Positions 41,156-53,607 of a DNA stretch of 64,000 nucleotides are shown here, piece by piece. The position numbers were made by a program, and so were the translations under genes. Origin of the DNA: Eledone cirrhosa (lineage: Eukaryota); assembly GCA_964016885.1 (NCBI GenBank), contig OZ024742.1, positions 21,266,001 through 21,330,000 on the forward strand. Reading direction: 5' to 3'. How positions within the stretch are numbered: position 1 is the stretch's first letter; each line of letters starts with the position of its first letter. The notes under the pieces were generated by a model. That model did not search any database. It had not been told where the DNA came from and saw nothing but the letters and a program-made list of their open reading frames with translations.

Positions 41156-44100
41156 ATGACCTCACTCAGAATAGGCAGCATAAATGCGCGTGGCTTGGGG
41201 TCGTCATGGAAGCAGAGTCACCTGCTCAACGACCTCAGGTCACTAAACATAGATGTAGTGGCCATCAGCGAGACCAGAATCTCTGAAGCACGGGCCTTCG
41301 CACCGATCTTCGGCGGCTACGATGTGTACGCATCTCCCAGCCGTCCTGGATCGGGAGGAGGACTTGCTGTGCTTTTTCGGAGAGGTTTGGATCTCGCCAT
41401 ACGGGCCATCTTCCTGGACCCAGAGTGTAAGTTGGTGGTGCTGGACGTGACCAGCAGAGACGGGCAAGCTTTCAGGCTAGTGGCCGCCTATGCCCCGACA
41501 GGAGCAGGGCGGCCTCATTTCTTCCGGCGTCTGGAGACCATTCTTGGAACGTCCCGCTCTTTAGTGTTAGTGGGGGACTGGAACGGGATCTTAGATGCAC
41601 GCTGGGACTGTGTGGGATTAGCGGATAGGGGTGGAGGGTGTAAGAGTCTCATCAACCTGCTCAGGCGTTTTGAACTGTCTGAAAGGTACCGATTGTATTT
41701 CCCGAATGTGCCAATGTGGACTTGGACAAATCGCATAAGGTCATCTAGATCATATCTAGATAGAGTATTTTGTAGAGAAATAGATAGGTCTAGCATAGGC
41801 TGTCCACAATTCAAGATAGTCAGCTACACGGACCACAAATTCGTGATCTGTGTGCTTGACTTAGATAGGCTTCATAGACGAGGACCCGGCTACTGGAAGC
41901 TAAACGCGTCCTTACCAGCGCGCAAGGCCTACAGAGACCGGATTAGCGAACTAGTTAAGCGGGCGTTGACGGGGGCCATCGTCAACAACAAGTGGTGGTT
42001 TGCTCTGAAAAGAGCAATTAGAATAGAGTCCATTAGGTTTTGTAAGGCTTTAGCAATAGAGAAAAATAGAGCAGAGGGAGAATTAGTTAGAAAATTAGAC
42101 GAGGCGCTTAGCAACGGCATCGCGACCGACGTACTTGCGGCGAAATTGACCCTTGACCAATTCTTCAATGCAAAGCGTGCTCTCAGACACGAGGGGACGA
42201 AAGCCGTTCAATGGGCCCGAGTGGCGGAGGCGCGTCGTGGCAATAAAGCCACGATCCGGTCTTTGGTGGACCACGACGGGCGCATGCTACTGGATCCCGG
42301 GTAAATGTGTGAAGCTTTTCAGCGACACTTCGCTCAGTTGTTCGGGGGCAGTGGCGGGCCGGATCGAGGGATGGACTTTAGTGTCTACCTCGATGGACTG
42401 CCGCGGCTCTCGGCCACTGAGGCGGAATGTTGCGAAAAGCCGATAACAGCCGCTGAAGTAAGGGAGGCAATGACTGGCTGCACAAGGGGTAAATCGCCTG
42501 GTTTGGAAGGTCTGCCCTATAGACTTTACGTACAGATGCCAGACTTGTTCGGAAGCCTCTTGGCGGACGTCTACTGCAACTGGCAACAGAACGGGAGAAT
42601 TCCCAGTTCTGTGAGCCGAGGAGCGGTGGCACTGCTGAGAAAGGATTGGAACAAGGGGGATAACATAGATAATTTCCGGCCCATAACTCTGCTAAACACA
42701 GAGTTCAAGATGTTGGCCAAGGTGCTAGCAAAGAGGTTGGCGCTTGTCGTTGGTGGTCTGGTGGGAGAGGCACAGACATGCGCCATTACCGACAGATCCA
42801 TCCTCGACAACCTCCACCTCATGCGATACATCATAGAGAGGGTAGCTAGGGAACCTGGCACGGATGGGTCCTTGATCAATTTAGATCAGTCGAAAGCTTT
42901 CGATAGGGTCGACCATCGTTACCTAGCGGCAGTCCTGAGGGCGGCTGGCTTTGGGCCCGTCTTCAGAGACTGGATCGCTGCATGCACAGCGACATCTGCT
43001 CTGTGGTGAAAGGGAACAGTCACCTGTCGGAACCGTTCAACATAATACGCCCGGTTCGCCAACGATGTCCCTTCTCCTCCCTCTTGTACGTATTGACTCT
43101 CGAGCCATTACTGCACAAACTGGAGACGTTGAGGGGCGTCCCGCGCGAACTAGCATGCGGAAGTTCCGTTTCAGCATATGCGGACTATGTCACCGTAGTG
43201 GTGTCGAACGCCAAACATATCGAGGCGATCGGCACTACACTAAGAGAATACGAAGCGGTGACAGGAGCAATGATCAACCAGGAAAAGTCAGTGGGCCTGC
43301 AGTCGGCACATGGAGAGGCAGGTCCATGCCGTCCAACAGCTTCGTCGGACGCTGGACGGACGGACCGGTTAAATTGCTAGGGGTCTGGTCGGTCCGGACC
43401 TCCAGACGGACAAAAACTGGGACGAGGTGACGAGCAGGGTCGCTTCTCTCACCCAGAAATGGGCTGAGAGGAAGCTATCCCTGAAAGGTCGAGCGGAGGT
43501 GGCTAACGCGTACATTCGCGTCTGTCATCTGCTACCGCCTGACTGTCGTACCTTATCCTAAGCCCCGCCTGACTGCGCTGGAGCGTTTGCTCTTTCGCTT
43601 TTGGTGGAATGGACGCGCTCCGATGGTCAGGCGGTCCATCTGCTGTCAAAACCCGCTACGTGGAGGGCTGGGAATGCCGTGGTTGATGATGCGCAGACAC
43701 GCGCTCAGGCTACGACATCTCCACCTCTTCCTCGACGGTGATCAGGTGTGATCGCCGTTTGCTAGATACGTATTTCTCCAGCTCGTTTCCTTGACGGAGC
43801 CGCAGTCCTGGGTCAAGCGAAGACCGAGAGGGAGCGCCTGGAGACTGGAATGTCTTCAGGCGCTCACAGCCTTCGAAAAATCGGGCAATGTGATCGGTAG
43901 AAACTCCACCTCGGCGTTCTATAGAAGATTAGTGGAGTGGAAGAGCGACGACGTACTTGGGGAAACTCTAGGCGTTGACGAAAATCAACTAGCCAATCTC
44001 TTCGGAAGAACTTTCGGGCCGGGACCTATGGACAACTTCCAGAAATCTCTGGCCTGGCAGTGCTACCGAGGAGCCTTGCCAGTTCGGGATAAACTCTACA

Positions 44101-44543
44101 GGCATTGATGTGCCGTCAGTCGGGCATGTCCGAGATGCGCGCAGGGCGACGAAACCGTCCTGCACGCACTCGTCCAGTGTCCGAAAATTGCTGATTTGTG
44201 GGTTTATGTCGAACACCCGCTGTCGCGTGTAGGACGGATCCCGCTGTCATCTGAGTCCATCGTGAGGATTTCCCCGCCCTCTTCCTTTAGCCGGGAAGGG
44301 CAGACAGTTTTTATCTGTCTGGTGGCCATGGCGAAAGAGATAGTATGGTGGACACGTTTGAAAGGGCTGAAGACGAGCACTTACCAGTTCGGTGATGCCC
44401 TGATTACCTTTTTCAAATACCATTTGAAAAGGATAATCAGGGTAGAGAGGGAAGTGCTCTCTTCCCAGCATTTTGTTGAAAGTTGGGTGAGAGAAGCAAG
44501 AATGGCCCGAGTGAATGTGCCTACTCTGAGTACGTATCTGTAA
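41156..44543 (+). pseudogene. Tx1 ORF2 (APE-RT), disrupted
   Basis: SINARG, ISET, GDWN, YLDR, TDH, KAFDRVDH; YADD changed to YADY; several stops and frameshifts. Confidence 0.9.
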
Positions 44544-44822
44544 ATTAAAGGTGGAAAACTGGGAGAGGGCACTTGCCTTGGTGGTCAGGGTCACTGTGGT
44601 CTTTTACTGGGCTTTCTCCACAAATGTCCCTCCGAAGTCTCCCCCCTATTGGGGAATTTTTCTTTGTTATTTTATTACATCCTCTGTTTTTTTACACGCA
44701 GAAATGTTCATTTGTACCGTCCTGTATTGTCCTGTACTGTCCTTAATGTCTACTTCGTGTAAACCCTTGTGGTTAATAAAGAAAACATTATTATTATTAT
44801 TATTATTATTATCGTCGTTATT

Positions 44823-47777
44823 CCTTGAATGTCAGTCATTGATGTTGGTTAACTGGAAAGTCCGTTGGAATGAATATCAAGCCACTACCTGCAGCCTCAG
44901 ATATTCAGGACGTATCGGAGGGTTCTTGCTGTTCCAAGCAAGCATGCCTTTTGAAGCGTTCCAAAAAGGTGAAGGGGCCGATTTTCTTTAACCATCCCTG
45001 GAAACTTTTGGAGATAGTCCCCAGTGCGCCTATGACAATCGGGATCACTTTGACTTCATGGCAGTTCCAAATCCTTTTCACCTCCCACTTTAGGTCCTGG
45101 TATCGGTTAATTTTCTCCCTCTCCTTCTCTTGCACTCTCGTGTCGAAAGGGCAGGCCACATCCACAATCAGACACGATCTTTTTTCTTTGTCCACAACCA
45201 CCAGGTCAGGTCTATTGTGTTCCAGTTTTTTGTCCGTCTGTATCCAAAAATCCCACAGCACCTTCACCTGATTGTTCTCCATCACCGCCTTTGGCCTGTG
45301 CTCATACCATTTCTCAGAATGTGGTAAATTGTTTACTTTGCACAGGTGCCAGTGGATCACCCTGCCCATCACATCGTGTCTCTAGCCCTTATAGTGGGTC
45401 TGGGCTAGGTGTTTACACTCGGACACAATGTGAGCCACAGGCTCCTCTCTCTCCCCACAGATCCTGCACAGTGGGCTAGCCTCCTCCTTGTAAATATGGT
45501 GCTTCAACCACTTCGTTTTGAGGGCCTGCTCCTGCGCAGCCATTAGCATTCCTTCTGTAGCCTTTTTGAGGTCTCCTCTTCTCAACCAGTTCCATGTCTG
45601 TGGATCTCTAAATTCAGTTTTCTCAAAGAAGGTACTATGAAGGGATTTTCCCTTAAGGCTGCTCTTCCTCCTTGATGTTATTTCCTCCTTGGACATCCCC
45701 TGGCCTACTGTCCCCTACTTCAGTACAGTTCTGAGCATTGGCTCCTTACTATAGGTCACGTATTTGTATAGGTTGTTTTTCTCCATCTGAACACAGTCCT
45801 CTATGCTGATAAGACCTATTCCACCCTCAGATCTCCTTAGGTAGAGTCTATCAACATCACACCTCTTGTGGAACATGTTGTAGATAGTCAATAGCTTCCT
45901 AGTCTTCCTATCCATTTCTTTTTGTTCAGCAACATTCCATCTCAGAATTCCCGCACTGTACCTAATAATAGACACAGCTCGGGAATTTACTGCGCTTATG
46001 GCATTTCTGCTGTTCAGATATGACTTCAATACGCTCCTTATTCTCCGAATGTATTCAGTTCTTAACAATTCCTTCATTTTTTTGTTCTTTATGCCATCAG
46101 CCTCCAGAACGCCCAAATACTTGTATCCTTCCTCAGAGTCAATTTCCTTTATCATCTCACCTGTTGGTATCTGGATCCCGTTACTTCTGCTCAACCTACC
46201 CCTCCTGATCACAATGACTCCACATTTACTAATAGCAAACTGCATACATATATCACTGCTGAAAATACGGACAGTGTCAACAAGCACATCCAACTCCTTC
46301 TCACTTTTCCCGAAGAGCTTAAGATCGTCCATGAAGAGGAGGTGATTGATGTAAAGCTCTCCCTTTCCCAACTTGTATCCTACTCTCACTTTTCGCAGCA
46401 TAATGGTCAAGGGCATCAGGGCAAGGACAAACAACAGAGGGGACAGGCTATATCCCTGGAAGATACCTCTCTTGATCTTCACGCTTCCCAAGGATACTCC
46501 AGTTGATGTCAACTCTGTCTCCCAGGACCCCATACTCCTGCCCAGCAACTGTCTGATGTTATCTGCCACCCTGACGATCTCCAGGCTTTTGGTGATCCAA
46601 GAATGAGGCACCATGTCAAATGCCTTTCTGTAGTCTATCCATCCCATGGCAAGATCAGTGTGTCTCCTCCTGCAATTCCCCATTACCATCTTATCAATAA
46701 GTAACTGGTCCTTTGTACCACGTGACTTCTTTCGGCATCCTTTCTGTTCGCCCGGTAACAAGTTGTTTGTGTGGAGGTGATGGTAGATTTCCTCAGACAC
46801 AATGCTCGTCAACAGTTTCCACATTACGGACAGACATGTGATAGGTCTATAGTTGGTAACATCATTACCCTTGATTCGGTCTTTCATTATCAGAACTGTG
46901 GTACCTTTTGTCAACCACTCTGGCACCTCACCCGACACCAAGCAGTCATTGAACATGGCCGTCAGCTTCGGGTGGAGGGATGTTAAATTTGTAATCCAAT
47001 ACCCCTGCACACCATCTGGGCCTGGTGATTTCCAGTTGGTTAGTTTTTTGGCCTGCTCCTTAAGAGTTTCAACTGTGATACTCAAATCAGTTTGTCGGTG
47101 TGCCTGCTCACCGATCTCCCTCTGTACTGTCTCAATCCACCCTGCCTGGACATTATGTCTAACATCCTGCTCCCATATTCCTCTCCAGAATGTTTTAGTT
47201 TGCTCCGCCCCACGGATCAAGTCGTTGCCTCTTTCTTTCCCCTCAAGCTGTCCAAACAGCATCTTCTGGTTGTTGTCGAACATGCGGTTCTGTTTATACT
47301 GACTGACTCTGTTCTCGTATCGCCTGATTTTTGCACTCTTTGCTACAATGCGTTGCTTCAGTTCCTCTATGATAATATTTAGCTTTTTCCTCCTAGTTTT
47401 GTACTTTATTTCCAGTCTATTTTTAGTGCCTATGTTTTTTAGTGTCCCATTCAGTAGTGACTCTAGCTTTCCTATGTCATTTCTCATTTCCCCGATTTGA
47501 CCACTCAGTCGTTTCTTCCACCACGGCTCTGCTCTTTCTTGTCTGTTGTTTCCTCTCGCTTTTATACCAAGTAGTTTCCTCACCGTATTTGCTGTTGCTT
47601 TGAGGATATTGTTGCACTGGTGAAGGCTCCTCGCCTCAAGGTATGGGATGACTTTGTTTACCTTAGCTGTTGTTTCTTTTAACTTTTTCCTGTCTACAAA
47701 TTTAGGTTCATAGGTCTCCGACTATCATTGTTCAATTCATCTACCACTAAATTTAGGATGTCAACCGAATCTTGTCC

Positions 47778-47779
<2 letters not shown>
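44823..47779 (-). mobile_element. R4/Dong-clade element, 5'-truncated, with nonsense mutations
   Basis: Near-identical to 53608-56567; TAG stops at 45715 and 45382; QGD changed to QGY; (ATT)n on both sides. Confidence 0.93.
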
Positions 47780-47856
<77 letters not shown>

Positions 47857-48067
47857 GGCGACCTACGTAGTAAATCGTATCATCGTGAGCTCCGCAAAGT
47901 TTTGTTATTTCTGTTTGTTAAAATATTGCCATTTATAGAGAATTTTTATTGTTAACTATATATAAGCGCACATACATTGCTTTCCGAAAAGGACACCCAA
48001 AAAGATTGGGGCCTTGTGCCCCAAATTTAAACTTTTATGATTATCAAAAAATTTCTTTGAAAAAAAA

Positions 48068-50061
48068 ATGGCTAATTCACCACTGCACCAAGCAGCTGAA
48101 AGCCTTTCTCACAAATTAACACCTCACACCGACACTACCATTGTAAATGATTATACGTCTTCCAACACAAACAATTTAAGCACTAGCAATATTTTAAATT
48201 TGTCTCAGGCAGACATTCATTTCCCGCCATTACCAATGACTGCAGGTGTTAAAGCCGCCACCACCACCACCACCACCGCGACAACCACCACCCCCACCAC
48301 CACCGCGAAAACAGAAACAAAAGGAAAAAATAAATCAGCTCGTGATGTCGAAATATTTTCAACCAAAATGGACTCTCCCAAACCGACTTTCACTGACGTC
48401 ACCACCACCACAACTGAAACTAAAATTAATAATAACAAAAATAACGATAGCAACAACAACAACAACAACAATGACATTAAAAAAACCACCCTGGGTTTTG
48501 CCAGAGTAGCAAAACAGTTCGAAGCATTTACGGTAACTCAAGAGGATTTAGAAAATGCCAAACAAATGGTAAAGAAAGATGGGTACAGGGTCGGCCTCGC
48601 CCCCGCACCTAATAAAATGGAGCATCGGCGCCCATGCACCGTGTCGTATCGAACAATAAATGTAAAATCGCGCCGAGTGGAACGGGCATCTGAGTCCCAA
48701 ATCCAAAAAGCTATGGGACATGTGTGGGCAAGAAAAACCCACATCAGACGTGGGCAGAAGTATGGAACCGTGGACGTGTTCTTTGAAACACCAGAGGAGG
48801 CTAGAGAACACTCCATGGCCCCCATTAAGAAGTGACGACTTCACACACGTCCCAAGCTATTGTGGCCAGAGACTCGTAAAGATCAGGGTGTCCCACGTTC
48901 CAGCGGCCATCGAAATTCCATGGCTAATAGCGGCCGTCCTCGCCGGCATCGAAGCTAACACAAAGATAATAGCAATAGCAAAAGAAAAGCAGGAGAACTG
49001 GTCCGGATCTGGGATGGAGCTCCTGATCCAAGCGGACCAAAAAAGCATTGAGGAGATCCCAGAGGTAATAGACCTCACTGATGGCAGCCACCTCACCGTA
49101 ATTGTCGAGGGCAGAAGGCCTAGGTGTGTCGTTTGTGGTGAAGGAACCCACCTAAGGGCTTTCTGCCATCAGGCTAAAAGGTTGAGGCCACCTCTCCTAC
49201 CCACCCCAGTGACACAACCATCAACATCACCAGTAGCAGAGATGGCAGCAACAACTGTAGCAGCAACAACAGAAGCAACTATAACAGCAACAACCCCAGC
49301 AACAGTAGCAAAACCACCACCACCACCACCAGCAAAACCAACACCACCACCACCCAACGCTTCAGAACTAGCACCAGCGCCTATACCATCTACCACGCCA
49401 CAACCAAAACTAACGCCTGTGGAGGATTTTCCACTCCCCGGCCTATCACAACTGGAGACAAATTATGACGACGAGGAGTGGGAAACGGTATCAGGAAAAA
49501 AAAAGAAACCAAAAAAGAAAAAATTCTCTTCCTTCCCCCTCCAAAAACAAAATACAGAGGGAAACAAATAAATTAACAAACATAAAAGTTAGGACAGATA
49601 TGCCACCATCCACACCAGCATCACCAAGCCCATCAACACAAACACCAACACCATCACCATCATTAACCCCAACACCACCATCACCTACACCACAAAAGTC
49701 ACCAAAATGCGAAACAGAAACAAACCCACAACAAACACAAACAAAACAAAACAACCAAAACGATACACACTACACAGCATTAAATTTGAACAACAAGCAA
49801 TTATTACACTACATCCAACACAACACCAGCATCACAGATAAAGACTACACAACAACCCAAAAATTCACACCACCTCCACACATACAAATCACTCGCATCA
49901 CACAGAAAACGTACATAACACTAAAACAAAAATTCCCCAAAGACATCGGAGACTTCCGACAAGCACTCTCCAGGAGGATTTATAAGGACATCGTTCCTGA
50001 GGAGGCCACAAGCAGTGAAAAGTATGGAAAAACCGTCCTTCCCCTACGAGAAGTAAGGTAA
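48068..50061 (+). pseudogene. Tx1 ORF1 type A/C, two frameshifts
   Basis: ORFs 48068-48835, 48720-49571 and 49465-50061; CVVCGEGTHLRAFC knuckle. Confidence 0.8.
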
Positions 50062-50095
50062 GTGGTCTTTCCCATCTTTTCCACTCCTTTTCAAC

Positions 50096-53000
50096 ATGAC
50101 CTCACTCAGAATAGGCAGCATAAATGCGCGTGGCATGGGGTCGTCATGGATGCAGGGCCACCTGCTCAACGACCTCAGGTCACTAAACATAGATGTAGTG
50201 GCCATCAGCGAGACCAGAATCTCCGAAGCACGGGCCTTCGCACCGATCTTCGGCGTCTACGATGTGTACGCATCTCCCAGCCGTCCTGGATAGGGGGAGG
50301 ACTTGCTGTGCTTTTTCGGAGAGGTTTGATCTTGCCATACGGGCCATCTTCCTGGAGCCAGAAGGTAAGTTGGTGGTGCTGGACGTGACCAGCGGAGAAG
50401 GGCAAGCTTTCAGGTTAGTGGCCGTCTATGCCCCGACAGGAGCAGGGCGGCCTGATTTCTTCCGGCGTCTGGAGACCATTCTTGGAACGTCCCGCTCTTT
50501 AGTGTTAGTGGGCGACTGGAACGGGATCTTAGATGCACGCTGGGAATGTGTGGGATTAGTGGATAGGGAAGGAGGGTGCAAGAGTCTCACCAACCTGCTC
50601 AGGCGGTTTGAACTGTCTGACAGGTACCGATTGGATTTCCCGAATGTGCCAATGTGGACTTGGACAAATCGCATAAGGTCATCTAGATCATATCTAGATA
50701 GAGTATTTTGTAGGGAAATAGATAGGTCTAGCATAGGCTGTCCACAATTCAAGATAGTCAGCTACACGGACCACAAATTCGTGATCTGTGTGCTTGACTT
50801 AGATAGGCTTCATAGACGAGGACCCGGCTACTGGAAGCTAAACGCGTCCTTACCAGCGCGCAAGGCCTACAGAGACCGGATTAGCGAACTAGTTAAGCGG
50901 GCGTTGACGGGGGCAATCGTCAACAACAAGTGGTGGTTTGCTCTGAAAAGAGCAATTAGAATAGAGTCCATTAGGTTTAGTAAGGCTTTAGCAATAGAGA
51001 AAAATAGAGCAGAGGGAGAATTAGTTAGAAAATTAGACGAGGCGCTTAGCAAAGGCATCGCGACCGACGTACTTGCGGCGAAATTGGCCCTTGACCAATT
51101 CTTCAGTGCAAAGCACGAAGGCTGCGTTGTCAGAGCTAGGGTGCGTGCTCGCAGACACGAGGGGACGAAAGCCGTTCAATGGGCCCGGGTGGTGGATGCG
51201 CGTCGTGGCAATAAAGCCACGATCCGGTCTTTGGTGGACCACGACGGGCGCATGCTAATCGATCCCGGGCAAATGTGTGAAGCTTTTCAGCGACACTTCG
51301 CTCAGCTGTTCGGGGGCAGTGGCGGGCCGGATCGAGGGATGGAATTTAGTGTCAACCTCGACGAACTTCCACGGCTTTCGGCCACTGAGGCGGAGAATTG
51401 CGAAAAGGCGATAACAACCGCTGAAGTACGGGAGGCAATGACTGGCTGCACAAGGGGTAAATCACCTGGTTTAGATGGTCTGCCCTATGAACGTTACGTA
51501 CAAATGCCAAACTTGTTCGGAGGCCTCTTGGCAGACGTCTACTGCAACTGGCAACAGAACGGGAGAATTCCCAGCTCTGTGAGCCGAGGAGCGGTGGCGC
51601 TGCTGAGAAAGGATCCGAACAATGGGGATAACATACATAATTTTAGGCCCATAACTCTGCTAAACACAGAGTTCAAGATTTTGGCCAAGGTGCTAGCAAA
51701 GAGGTTGACGACTGTCGTTGGTGGTCTGGTGGGAGAGGCACAGACATGCGCCATTCCCGACATACGCCATTCCCGTCTTCAGAGGCTGGATCGCTGCCAT
51801 GCACAGCGATATCTGCTCTGTGGTGAGAGTGAACGGTCATCTTTCGAAACCGTTCAACATCATACGCTCGGTCCGCCAAGGATGTCCCCTCTCGTCCCTA
51901 TTGTACGTATTGACTCTCGAGCCATTACTGCACAAACTGGAGACGTTGAGGGGGGTCCCGCGCGAACTAGGATGCGGAAGATCCGTGTCAGCATATGCGG
52001 ACGATGTCACCGTAGTGGTGTCGAACGCCAAACACATCGAGGCGATCGGCACTACACTAAGAGAATACGAAGCGGTGACAGGAGCAATGATCAACTAGTA
52101 ATAGTCAGTGGGCTTGCAGCTCGGCACCTGGAGAGGCAGGTCCATGCCGTCCAACAGCGTCGTTGGGCGCTGGACGGACGGACCGGTTAAATTGCTAGGG
52201 GTCTGGTTCGGTCCAGACCTCCAGACGGACAAGGTGACAAGCAGGGTGGCTTCTCTCACCCAGAAATGGGCCGAGAGGAAGCTATCCCTGAAAGGTCGAG
52301 CGGAGGTGGCTAACGCGTACATCGCGTTCGTCATCTACTACCGCCTGACCGTCGTACCTTGTCCTAAGCCCCGCTTGACTGCGCTGGAGCGTTTGCTCTT
52401 TCGCTTTTTGTGGAAGGGACTCGCTCCGATGATCAGACGGTCCATCTGCTGTCAACACCCGCTACGTGGAGGGCTGGGCATGCCGTGGCTGATGATGCGC
52501 AGACACGCGCTCAGGCTACGACATCTCCACCTCTTCCTCGACGGTGATCAGGTGTGGTCGCCGTTTGCTAGACACGTTTTTCCCCAGCTCGTCTCCTTGA
52601 CGGAGCTGCAGTCCTGGGTCAAGCGAAGACCGAGAGGGTGCGCTTGGAGACTGGAATGTCTTCAGGCGCTCACAGCCCTCGACCAATCGGGCAATGTGAT
52701 CGTAGAAACTCCACCTTGGCGTTCTATAGAGGATTAGTGGAGGGTAAGAGCGACGACGTACTTGGAGAAACTCTAGGCGTCGAAGAAAATCAACTAGCCA
52801 ATCTCTTCGGAAGGACTTTCGGGCCGGGGCCTATGGACAACTTCCAGAAATCCTTGGCTTGGCAGTGCTACCGGGGTGCTTTGCCAGTTCGGGATAAACT
52901 CTACAGACATGGAGGTGCCGTCAGCCGGGCATGTCCGAGATGCGCACAGACCGACAAAACCGTCCTGCACGCACTCGTCCAGTGTCCGAGCATTGCTGAC

Positions 53001-53311
53001 TTGTGGGTTTATGTCGAACACCTGCTGCCAGGTGTAGGACGGATCCATCTATCAGCTGAGTCCATCGTGAGGATTGCCCGCCCTCTTCCTTTAGCCGGGG
53101 AGGGCAGGCAGTTTTTATCTGTCTGGTGGCCATGGCGAAAGAGATAGTATGGTGGACACATTTGAAAGGGCTGAAGACGAGCACTTACCTCTTCGATGAT
53201 GCCCTGATGGTAGAGTGGGAAGTGCTCTCTTCCCAGTATTTTGTTGAAAGATGGGTGAGAGAACCAAGTATGGCCCGAATGAATGGGCCTTCTCTGAGTA
53301 TGTGTCTGTAA
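50096..53311 (+). pseudogene. Tx1 ORF2 (APE-RT), disrupted, internal RT deletion near 51765
   Basis: Same motifs as copy B; the LDQSKAFD block is missing. Confidence 0.9.
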
Positions 53312-53537
53312 ATTAAAGGTGGAAAACTGGGAGAGGGCACTTGCCCTGGTGGTCTTTTAATGGGCTTTCTCCACAAATGTCCCTCGGAAGTCTCCCCCCT
53401 ATTGGGGAATTTTTCTTTGTTATTTTATGACATCCTCTGTTTTTTACACGCATAAATGCCCATTTGTACCGTCCTGTATTGTCCTGTACTCTCCTTAATG
53501 TCTACTTTATGTAAACCCTTGTGGTTAATAAAGAAAA

Positions 53538-53595
<58 letters not shown>

Positions 53596-53607
53596 GTTAT
53601 TGTTATT

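Larger units (their letters stand above)
38775..44787 (+). mobile_element. Tx1/L1-clade LINE, copy B, apparently full length, decayed
   Basis: (ATT)n at 38721-38774 and 44788-44810; ORF1 and ORF2 present. Confidence 0.92.
47857..53539 (+). mobile_element. Tx1/L1-clade LINE, copy C, apparently full length, decayed
   Basis: Bounded by (ATT)n at 47778-47856 and 53540-53606. Confidence 0.92.
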
